From Antedon mediterranea (Eukaryota; Animalia; Echinodermata), in NCBI RefSeq assembly GCF_964355755.1, contig NC_092675.1, forward strand, positions 27,562,912 through 27,626,911: a stretch of DNA of 64,000 bases, given 5' to 3'. Below, piece after piece: positions 13,501 through 24,570 of the stretch; the first letter of the stretch is position 1, and the number at the start of each line of letters is the position of its first letter. The notes beneath the pieces were generated by a model. It was not told the origin of the DNA, ran no database searches, and worked only from the letters and a program-made list of their open reading frames with translations. The translations under genes were made by a program, and so were the position numbers.

Positions 13501-14084
13501 CTGTTATGAAGAAACTTGCCGAAAATTTGCATTACTTGCCTCGACTGGAGATCCTGAATATGACTACGAACAATGTTGAATCCGAAGGTTATAATCCGTT
13601 CTTTGTCGCACTCAAACAGATGAAAAGTTTAAAACGACTTCACATAGCTGATAGCACTTTCCCGGGGCCACTTCTTTTCTACATTGCCACGGTAATGCCA
13701 TACCTACTGAACTTGGAATACCTACATGCCTCTGGAAAAAACGTGGAAAACATTAAGGCGATTGAAAATGGAATGTTTAATGGATTCATTGGGAATCTGT
13801 CCAAGTTGAAAGAGTTGAAAGAGCTTAACCTCGTTATCATACGATTTAAGAAAGAAGATTTTCTTGCCTTGTTGAAAGTATGTGAGGAAATGCCAAATCT
13901 AGCAGATCTAAGGTAAATACAATGTATATTAATGATGCCCACTAAATAATACAGATGCGTATTAATAATATTATTACGGTTACAAAAATATATAAAAATA
14001 CTATATCTTTACAGATTGTCGTTTGATCTTGTGCCCAACGGCATCGACTTGAATGGATTACCAAAAATCATAAACCTATGTTAG
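10588..14084 (+). CDS. NOD-like receptor with tandem death effector domains (DED-DED-NACHT-LRR)
   Basis: Exons 10588-11110, 11191-13912, 14015-14084. DED1 ends GREDLL (RxDL); DED2 begins ISQYRRML. Walker A GRAGTGKTT, Walker B FMLDGYDEL, sensor VTTRP, winged-helix FFHKSAQE, and RI-like LRRs (LDSLCLNSNDL, LKVLTLSGNHV, LEILNMTTNNV). Confidence 0.92.
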
Positions 14085-15512
14085 TTTCAAGCTATTGTTA
14101 AATGGCATTGCATGGCATGAGGTTATCATCCACGTGTGTGAAGTGGATGTTGATGTGAAGAAGAAGCAGTAGAATAGAGTCCATATAAGGCGATATTGTA
14201 TTGAAAGATGACTGGGTTTATGTTTATGAGGAAAAGGGTGCTAGAATTATGATCAGACTATTCATTGTGTTGTCAATGGAATTAAACTACTAAGCTTTTT
14301 GAAATTTTCTGGAAATTCTTCTATAAATGTATTAAATGTAAGTAGTTAATGTTATCACTTTGTATGTATTTGTTATGATGGGTTTTTTTTCAAATAAATT
14401 CAAATCAACATCATGGAATACAAAAATGAAAACTATTGTAAAAATCATAATTTATAAAAGGAACTTCAGATTTTAAACATCTACATTGATAACTTACTGG
14501 TAGTGATTACGAATTGGCTATAGTTTTAATTAAATAGATATAATAGTACTTTCAGAAGTTAAACTAGATCATTTTCGGACCAGTGTACTTTTATTCTTCG
14601 AAGAAGGATACACACTTAATTGCAGATTGAATGTTACCAAAAGGCATTAAAGATAAAACAAACAGAAAATACCCAAAAATAGCAAAAACAATATGATTAT
14701 TTTATAGTGATGATATGACCATGATGATACTAATGTGAATAAAAGTTTACGTCACAAAAGAGAGTGAAAAAATATATATATAATCAAATGACAAGTGGCA
14801 TTGCAATAAATTAATATAGGCCTAATAATAATCAACAAAAAAGAGAAACACATTGATAATTACTCAAAACACTACTTGATAAGCCCATCATACTTATTCT
14901 AATTTGAAAAGATAAAAATAGTGATAATAGGCCTTATATGTTAAAAAGCAATAATAAAAAATGATAAAGGTACTCTCTTTTTTATATTTTGTTATTTCCA
15001 AAATAAGATAGAAAAAAGCAACGCATGCTTTCTATGTTGTTGTATTTGATTTTACTTGATGAAAGGTTAATATTGACAGGAAGTTTTTATAAAATGGTTT
15101 CAGCATATTGTTGTGTTTATCCTTTGATATGGTAATAAAATAAACCAATAATGTTTTATATACAAACGCACGTATTATTTTTTTTGTAGAGTTCTATGCT
15201 ACACGGACGTCGAATGAAAATATATTTTAAATTAAATTTTGGAGAGTAGAATAAGTGGAAAATCTAGGGCATTTGTTCTGTTAGTGCCAAGTTCGATCGA
15301 TGGTTGTTGGAAGAATATTGCGTTATGCATTTTGAATACTGCGCTCCAAATATTTATATTCGGGTAAAGAGGCCTACATAAATCGACAGATTTCACCAAA
15401 CCCGCTCGGTAAATCGTATGATCGGTCCTTCTTCCTAATTTTTACGTGCGTCTTCTCTCGTTTGATAAATGTCATGTCTAATATAACCGAGTGAAAATAT
15501 CTGACTGTCGCA

Positions 15513-15724
15513 TTTCACTTTTGTTGGTACTAATCTCAGAGCAGACAAGTTGAAAATACACACACCACTGACTTTATTGTTATTTTATTCTTGTGAATTC
15601 TTCTATTTTGTATGCGATTCTAGTCCTATTATGCAGTAGGAGATACATAATCCACGCATTTCACACTGATTTCACAAACTCAAGATATACAAGTTTCGTC
15701 TGAGTTATGACCCAGGGGAAATCC
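15513..15724 (+). promoter_or_regulatory. Candidate IRF element and kB-like site upstream of the BCAP-like gene
   Basis: TTTCACTTTT (15513-15522; reverse AAAAGTGAAA) and GGGGAAATCC (15715-15724). Motif matches only. Confidence 0.3.
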
Positions 15725-16455
15725 AAACACGAATTATCCAATCGTACCAGTGTTTGTTACTGTACTACCCTGACTGCCAACAAAGACCGGATAAGGCTCA
15801 TGGAAAAGGAAGTATAATATGCAATTGAACTACGACTAGCAACAGAGAAAGCACTGAAGTACGTAATAACTGGAATATATTAATTTGTAAGTAAGATAGA
15901 CCATTTTATAATACAGCTATCCTGTAACATTGTATAGACTAGGCCTTATGATATTACATTCGTACTTTGCATTGGAGGAATATGATTATAATGCGTCATG
16001 AAAAAGTGTATCTGATTATAATATTTCGATAAAGATAATAATATAGGCCAATGTTAGATACGTATACTAGTTTGTAATGGTTTCACACAATGTCGTATTG
16101 TCAAGCTATCAGTTCAAATCACATCAATGGTGTATTAATAGCACAATGCACTAACAATTTCCTCGACTTGATCTATGTCGATTATTGTTGTATAATTGGG
16201 GTTTTTTAAATTGTTAGAATATTTCATATAATTTTGTTTTACTTTTCTACTATACACATTGACAATAAATAGGTATTGTACACAATAAGAAACAGAATGT
16301 ATGCCACTACAAGCTGTGTAACCAATAAACAGTAAAGTATTGGAGAAAGAGAAAACAATTAACATACATATCACGTGGAATATTTCATGGAAAAAACAAA
16401 CCTCGTTTATGAGCCAAGTAATCGTCAGAACATAGGGTAACAACAGAACTGTAAA

Positions 16456-19400
16456 ATGGCCAAGAAAGTTATGTCTATGTGGAAGTCTCCGCCCACGGTA
16501 AGTTGGAATAACCCAGATCAGAGATTGTACTCATGATCTTGCGTACATTTTATTTTCTGTAAACATTGAGTGAAATAAAACTAAAGATTGGTTCCCACTA
16601 GAGACGTAACACAAGGACGTATAGATGTAACGTAAGTGATGACCAATCACAAGCGATGGATTATTACGATGATGACACATAATTATGATGATGATTATTA
16701 TGACGATGACGATGATGATGATTGGATGGACTATATATAGTTTTATAATATATTTATTATATATTTTAGATTAAATTTCCTGAAGAAGATTTGAAAAAGA
16801 AGTCCAAATTTTATTGTCCATCGCCAGATAAAGAAGCCGACGATGGTCAGTTTCTTCCACTCTCTGTCCTAATTTGACCGATGGTCGGTTTCTCCCACTC
16901 TCTGCTCCTAATTTGACCCTGCCCCAAATGGCGATACCGATCGCTTCAATGACAACTCCGTATAATAGTAGTACACGTGTAGGCTTAACACGTCTTGTCT
17001 GAAAGATGCAGATTACATTTTTAATAAGAGATTCACAGATCTCAGCTCTTTTACATATTCTTGTCCTGGTTCTTGATTCCTTGTATAATGTTCAAGCCTA
17101 GTCCTATCCTAACTTGCTGCCTTTCCATTGCAATCGACAATGATTAATGGTTTTAGGTCCACTGAATGAGTACGGTAGTTAATAATCATGCTTATACATC
17201 CGATGGTTAAATAATGTAAATTTTGTGACTGGTGATCCATGTTATCGTTGTTCTTTTTTCAGTGTTTATGCCTACCAGCAAGTTTTCTGCATTCTACATT
17301 AGTTCTGAGTTCGAGAATGCCCGTGCCAAATTTTGTAAGTAGACAAACACACATTAATATTTCTAGTGGTCCAGGACCAGGTGTGGGAATTGCCAATTTG
17401 CCGACAAATAGTGTTATTACCTATACATGGTGGTGACCAATATAAGTTCTAGAACTGCATAATACTAATAGTTCATGTTGTCTATATGAGACCCCCCACT
17501 GGATACGTCACTGTTGGCGTCCAATTTTAACAACTAAAAAATACAGAATTTGTCGAATCATGGTTATGAGGAAATGGTTCATTTTATTTTTCAGTCAAGA
17601 AATACAAAATACCAGAAGAAGGGAAAGAAGAGTTTGTAGACATGTTCATAAACCCGGAAGCTGATTCCAGTAAGTTAATTCTAAAATATGAGGAAATATT
17701 TCTATTAGTAGTTGCAGTCTAATTAAAAGCAACACGTAAATGAACTTTAGAATATCGAAAATCGCAACACAAAATGGTCGTCAAACCGTAACGCCTTATA
17801 TTCAACATTCTTCTCGTACGATCGTGTCATGTGAAGCGACAGTTATTGCTCCTTAACTAACTTAACCAAAACCTCTAGGCCCTAAATAACCTCAAACTAT
17901 GAAAACAAAAAACACACTGGGGTTTGAAACCAAGGTCTATGGAAATCTGAGTAGCATTAACATAGAAGAGGCTACTGTACAGTGTCAGAGGCTATACAAT
18001 ATCTGGAATGAAGACAATAACTTCATGTTGCCTATTGTCACGAGACATGATATCTCATACGTGTATGGGGCGATATTGGCGATCAAAATCCACCGAATGA
18101 TACTTTTTCTTTCAGAACCAAGACAAATAAAATCAAAACGGTTACCAGCGCACTCTGCGTCATCAGTTGGTTTCTCGTCATCATCAAGGTATAAAGAAAC
18201 GCGGATGTCGCTACCAAGTTTATCTACCAGAATCCATCCATCATCGCCGCATCTTAAGATTTCGCGCAAAGTTTCAGAAGGTGCTATAACACGTGGAAGT
18301 GTTGTTAAGTATGAAGGCATTCGATGCGATGATGAATCATTTAAATCGAAAGATAACGAAATGACTGCGCAGCTTGCTGATGATATCAACGATAATATTT
18401 GCATCTTTCATCATCGCTGCCGATCCACGTCTCTTGATCAACCTCTTAACCAATTTCAGATTTTAATAGACGGTTCGTCGACCATTGTAATCGCCGACAG
18501 TAATACAATTATACTACATGGACCGAATGCAGAATCTGTTAGTCAACACCAAAGTAAGTTGTATGTTCCTTCAAGTAATGCTTACTAGGTACATGCGCTC
18601 CAGTTTTTACACCAGTTAAATTAATAATTATATCATTTTTAATTATATCTTTTAATCAAATGGGATTAACCATTTCCTTTAACCAGATATGATCATTATA
18701 CATACTACCATTCTTTGGTCACTTCAATATCGATAATGCATTATATAAATGTACGGGTACCTAATCTAATCTATGAAACCAAATGTACGGTATCAATATA
18801 CTCTAGAATTAATAATATAAATCATTAAATAATAAAAAGATTTAAAAAAAATATAAACTTAAATTATCGTCACTTTGTAATAGGATTTAAGACTAAACCT
18901 TGTTTGTTGACACAGAAATTGCATTAAAACTATTATTCAAAATGGAGGAGGAGGATATTATAACACGAATGGCAAATGGTCCTTTTCTGAAAGAACTTTG
19001 TAAAATGATGATAGAGAAGGAAGCAACGCCGCTGGAAATTGGCAAAGGTTGCGTTGAAGTTTGGCTAAGTTTTGCAAAAACAAAAGCACTAAAGACATTC
19101 AGGGAGGAACACAGTTCAGGGAAACTAACCAACGAACTCAGCAAAGTATTAGTTCATCACGGGTATATGGAAGATGAGAAGGAGTTGACTGTTTCGATTA
19201 AGGAGAAAACAGTTGACAACAAGAGTAGTCGTGGGAAAGATAGCGTCGTGGAAACTGGTAAGTCAGTCACATCCACTTACTGTACTCTTACGGTTTAAAG
19301 GATGGTTCTAAGCTAAGTCTTTTAAAACCCTTATCATGCATATATTTGTCAAGTCTTTTTTTGAAAGTTAATAGAGTTGGTGCGCTGACAACTGTAGTTG

Positions 19401-20838
19401 GAAGAGCATTCCAATGATTTATTATTCTTTGAGCAAAAAAGTCCAAGCGGCATCTACTTGATTTGGCAAATTTTTGTTTGAAGATTTTCCAAGGATGGCC
19501 TCTATAGTAGTACCCTGTGTACGTATCTTGAAAAAAAGATCTTTGTTTACTCCATCGAATCGTTTAATTATTTTTCGAAAAGGTCTCCTCTTAGTCTGCG
19601 TTGTGGAAAATATATACCGAAGGCTATCATAGCCCCATGCTAATGGTGTTCACCAGAAGGAACCATTCCTACTACTCTAGTACAACCATTAAACCGGTTT
19701 AACAGGTCTATTAATAACAATTTATTTCATCATATTGACTAATTTCTCTATGATATTACCTATACTTTGTAGAAATATTCAGCAATGTTGAGGGCGCCCT
19801 TGAGCCTATCAATTTTATGATGTCCTCTTACGGCTGTAAAGATTTGGAGCAGCTAGACTCAATCTTGTCATGCACCTACGAGAATAAAGTACCGCTTGGA
19901 GGGTTTACGGAACATTTTCCAAAGTCAGAAAATATTGTTAAAATAAAAGACGGTAAGTAGTTTGGGAAGTAAGTTTACAATGCATACGGTACAGTACAGA
20001 TAACGAAAGATTATTCATACAAAAATATATAGGTGTGTTACGTAACATCCGTAGACCTACTATCATTAAGTAACGCAAGCACATTATTACCGAAACTCAT
20101 TATGGAAATATAATTGTATATAATATCTTTACATTACTAGTCAAACTAAACTAAATCAGAGACACTGACTTAAATCTTGTATTTTGCTGTATAAAAAAAA
20201 TGTCTGACTTGTATGTTGATTCTAGCCAGCCACGTTAGTGTGCTGAAGAAGTCCACCCTAATATATCGCTCGCTAACCAATGACCATTACCGTAAATAAA
20301 TATAAATTATTTTATATAATTGTACTTTTAAAATAGGAAATACTGTAACTTGTGCTCTCTTAAGCCATTTTAAGTTATTCACAAGGAAAATTCAACCACC
20401 ATGAATTAACGAACGACAACAACTAAAGTTCCAGAAACTAGTAATTTGTCCACCTAGTGGACATCGTAATGTTGTTAGTTATGTCTAGTCACGTACTTTA
20501 AACAGAAAGACAGAATAAGAAACTTTGGTTCTAAAAGCTTGCCATATTCAACTTCGCCGACAACCTTCAACTCAATAACCAAATTCAAATGCTTGTGTTT
20601 ATATTTGTATACCTTTTGTTTTGTAGATGCTCCTGTATTCAACAACACGCTATTCCCGACGTTACTACATTTTGCAGCATGTCATGGACTTTCTAAGCTT
20701 TGTCAATGTCTTGTCCTTACACCAGGGTTTAGTCAAGCACTCACCATACAAAATAAAGACGGACTTACCCCAATTGAAATGGTCTCCGAAAACAAACCAA
20801 GTATCAGGACTATGCTAGAAAGGGAATCTTCTTGTTAG
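16456..20838 (+). CDS. BCAP(PIK3AP1)/BANK1/Dof-like protein: partial DBB domain plus ankyrin repeat, with a possible TRADD-N-like middle domain
   Basis: Phase-consistent exons 16456-16497, 16770-16845, 17595-17669, 18116-18553, 18916-19257, 19773-19952, 20627-20838. EPINFMMSSYGCKDLEQLDSILSCTYENKVPLGG matches the end of the DBB domain; FPTLLHFAACHGLSKLCQCLVLTPGFSQALTIQNKDGLTP matches the BCAP ankyrin region. The three 5' exons are less certain. Confidence 0.72.
16587..16665. mobile_element. Truncated copy of the MITE at 27697-27873
   Basis: TTGGTTCCCACTAGaGACGtAAC..AAGGACGTA...GACCAATCACAAGCGATGG is shared with the left arm of the full element. Confidence 0.8.
19300..19610 (-). mobile_element. 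CR1/L2-clade LINE ORF2 3'-end fragment
   Basis: Minus-strand translation with frameshifts gives QRRLRGDL...RGHPWKIFK...RLDFFAQRIINHWNALPTTVVSAPTLLTFKKRLDKY, the typical CR1 C-terminal signature. Confidence 0.85.
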
Positions 20839-21677
20839 AGTATTGAATTGGTATAAAATTCAACAACGCTACATGAATCTCATCTGAATGCATTATGAAT
20901 CTATTCCGTATATAATGGATAATGAGTGCACGTGGATTATGCAAATTATGGAATGTTTTCAACAGACTATAAATAGCTCATATTAAACCACGTTGGTACT
21001 ACTGTAAGACCACTTGAGTGGGTTCTACTGCAAGACCAGCTGAGTGGGTTAGAGCTTACCATACAGAGCGCACAGTACGTACACATAGAAAAAGTGACGC
21101 TATTGTACGGCAATTACGTAACACGTTTTTTTTTTGCGTACTATTTCTTGGTATAATATATGGCCCGATGAATGAAAAACAAATCCTTAGAGAAATGTAA
21201 AGTTATATTTATGAAGAACTCTTGAAACAAAAGATCCACACGTTAAAATGCGTAGATACTATTGGAAAAATTGTCTTTACCAGAATATCATTAAATGGGC
21301 TTCTTCTTGCCTGGTCATTTTATCAGGACTGTTTTTGGTCAAACTAAATGTACTGTACTGTAAATTGGACTATTCAACCAGAGCAATGAATAAGCCATGT
21401 TGTTGTATTAATTATTATTACTGTACATTGTTTCACATTTGTAAAATAAAAATGAAAAATAATGGACTACTTTTTACCAGAATCCTATTGACTTCCAGAC
21501 AATGGGATTCTGGTTATTTTATCAGGACTGTTTTTGGTCAAAGTGAATTACTGTAAAATGGCCAATTCAACAACAAAATGTTTTTAAATTTCAAAGAATA
21601 AAAACAATGGTTTGAAATGCAGTTTCATTTTTCGCTGCTGGATTTCAGGATCCTAACATTTAAACCATGCAATCAAT

Positions 21678-22040
21678 GGCCAGATGATGTACAGCAAGTC
21701 AGAGAAAGGGGTAACAAAAGCAGGCATTATAATCATAGCAATACCCCAACATTTACACCAATGGTCAGATGTATGTACAGCAAGCCAAAGGAAAAGGGTA
21801 AAAAACATGATAATCATAGCAATACCCCAACATTTACACCAATGGTCAGATGTATGTACAGCAAGCTAGAGAAAGGGGTAAAAAACAGCAGCTATTATAA
21901 TAGCAATACCCCAACATTTACATCAATTAAAGGCCAGATGTATGTACAGCAAGCTAGAGAAAGGGGTAAGAAACAGCAGCTATTATAATAGCAATACCCC
22001 AACATTTACATCAATTAAAGGCCAGATGTATGTACAGTAC
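21678..22040. repeat. Minisatellite, about 4 copies of an ~81-88 bp unit, between the converging 3' ends of the BCAP-like gene and H2A.Z
   Basis: CAGATGTATGTACAGCAAG...AATAGCAATACCCCAACATTTACA recurs near 21681, 21766, 21847, 21935 and 22023. Confidence 0.93.
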
Positions 22041-22800
22041 AAGTTCAGGTTTGTTAGCGCAGTGCTATAATTCAAGACTATAATCATGCATCAAAGTTGG
22101 AGAGCTGGAAGGCCAATTGCACAATACAGTAAACAAAACAAAGTGAATTTTCTTATATAAAATGGTCAAATTTATTCGTTTTATTTAATTCAACATCAAA
22201 ACCAACAGACATTGAAAGGAGTGTCCAAAAAAAAGTCCTAACAAGTTTACTACTAATTTCTAACGTGAAGTTCTCAAACAACTTCATGTTAATCAACATA
22301 TTGGCAATTCATACAAATATTTGGGAACCAGTAAATAATAAACCCAGAACACAAGTATCTTTTCACACTTATGATTGATGCGGAATGGAACAATCTATTA
22401 CATTTTCCACAAAAAACAGAACATGTTTCCGAATGAGATGAATTTTGGGGGGTAAGTTGCCACACATCATTTAAAGATTAATTTACGAATCAACAGTACT
22501 ATTATTATTTACAAGTTAACTGTACAACTAGTCAGAATGTCATTTTCCAGATCCTGCTACGTATGCCCAGCCAGATGATGAAAAACATACAATGATTATC
22601 TTCTCTACCTAATGAAATTGAAATATCTCTGCACACTATATTAAATACATGACATAATAAGTAAAAACTAACTAAATGGTATAGTAGTTATTTGTACAAA
22701 AGCTAATCGAATCCAACTTCCATGAAAAAACAAGCTGAATAAGACTAGCCACTGAAGGTAGTACAGTTACGTCGTCATCGTCAAGCTCCGGTCGTGTCCT

Positions 22801-24406
22801 TTATGATGCTTTTTGCGATCCCTTCTTTCCAATCAAAGATTTGTGAATATGTGGGATAACACCTGTAAAGAAACAAAGGTAAATTTTTATGTTTTATTTT
22901 CAGAAACAGTTTAATGTTGTTGAAAGACAACAAAGATAACTGGAAACAAATATTTGGGGGAGGAAGGAAGGAATTATTATTAAACCCATGACATTCAGAA
23001 CACCAGCCTGAAGAATGTCACAGCAACAATACAAACAAGCAGCTCCTGGGCGGTACCATTCTAAAATAATTAACAAAATACTTGATCATGGGGCGTTGAA
23101 AGCAATCATAGAAAATGAGCATGGCAGTGACAATAGGTTTAAGACAAAGATGTTAATTTAAATTTAAATAGCTATTGTTATCATTGCATAGCAAAAAAGT
23201 TAAAACCAAAATAAAATGTAACCTACCACCACCAGCAATTGTTGCTTTTATAAGCGAATCCAACTCTTCATCTCCTCGAATTGCAAGCTGTAAATGACGT
23301 GGTGTTATACGCTTTACCTTAAGGTCTTTACTAGCATTGCCTGCCAATTCCAACACCTGAAAAAAACAAAATATTATAAGTTTAGGCTAGATATGTACTT
23401 TATACTGTGTAAAATGTAATGAATGTCAAAAGCATTTATATTTCTTTATTGCATTTCATTAAAAAGCAAAAAAATAAACAAAACACCCCAAATATCCTAT
23501 GCTAGATATGTACAGTATTTTATACTGTGTATTGCTATAAAAAATGTAATGAATGTCAAAAACACATTTCTATTAATTTGCTCGATTGTTTTCCATTAAA
23601 AAACTCAAATATTCCCACATAAGATTTAAAGAAAGATGGGCTATTCTATTGATAGGATGTCCGTTTGGACAGTCAGTCACCGATACTTTAATTTCAGAAT
23701 AAATATTCGCGCCCGAAAATCTATTCACTGAATGGTCGCTAGCATTTCACTTCCGGTAGTAAACAAAACACAAGCAAACCGCGCCATAAAATAAATTGAA
23801 TTTAGCAAACCTAGTTACCCGTTACCGCTCAGTTTTCATAAACAATATAATTATAACAAAGATATAATAAACTAATTTAAATATAAGCCTAGTAGAATCA
23901 ATAAAATATATTTACCTCAGCAGTTAAATACTCAAGTATTGCAGCAGAATACACTGCAGCAGTAGCGCCAACTCGACCGTGGCTTGTCGTTCGGTTTTTC
24001 AAGTGTCGATGAATACGACCGACAGGAAACTAAAACAAATAGATTTTACAATTATTTTCAGATATTTTATAACAGTGCGTGTACTTCTTGCTACAGTGAA
24101 TTAAACATTCACACAGTATATATAAGGCATACAGACATAGTCTAAAACAGAAGTTTTAAATACCTGTAGGCCTGCCCTTGCAGATCGTGATACGGCTTTC
24201 GCCTTGGCTTTTCCTGAGTCTTTACCAGCTTTACCTCCAGCCTAGAAAAAAACGAGATATTTTTCTTCAATCATTGCAATTACAAAAAAACTAAAGAGCG
24301 CATTTTATAATCTTATTATCACAGAAACCGTTAATCATAAAAAAAAATTCGGATGGCAACTATGTCCTTTACAATAAATCGGATTGAAAAGGGCTCTACT
24401 AACCAT
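22801..24406 (-). CDS. H2AZ: Histone variant H2A.Z (H2A.V)
   Basis: Exons 24406-24404 (ATG only), 24241-24164, 24029-23916, 23356-23227, 22862-22801. Translation [54 protein letters not shown]...[35 protein letters not shown] (128 aa), with the canonical 5-exon structure. Confidence 0.98.
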
Positions 24407-24504
24407 TTTTTCGGTATTTCTGTCAACCTCGAAAGTAAACCGCCAACAGACAACGTACAAATGGACGCGCAAAAACCCGTCAGATGCTATCAATATGCTA
24501 GATT

Positions 24505-24570
24505 ATAAGCCAATGGTTGCATGGCGGGAATGTAAACTGTCCAATCACAACACAGATATGCTAATGAATA
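24505..24570 (-). promoter_or_regulatory. H2A.Z proximal promoter: two CCAAT boxes, E2F-like GGCGGGAA, octamer-like ATGCTAAT
   Basis: AGCCAAT near 24509, TGGCGGGAA near 24522, TCCAATCA near 24540 and ATGCTAATGA near 24558, all 100-165 bp upstream of the ATG. Confidence 0.55.

Noticed and set aside
11132-13942. Minus-strand ORFs overlapping the NLR
   Set aside because: Antisense shadows of a long coding exon.
17899-18115. N-terminal part of the 229-aa ORF as coding sequence
   Set aside because: A good acceptor at 18115 in phase with the upstream exon indicates this part is intronic read-through.
21617-21988. Repetitive 123-aa ORF, and CRISPR-like appearance of the array
   Set aside because: Translation of a minisatellite. 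Units repeat in full with no unique spacers, no cas genes are present, and the DNA is eukaryotic.
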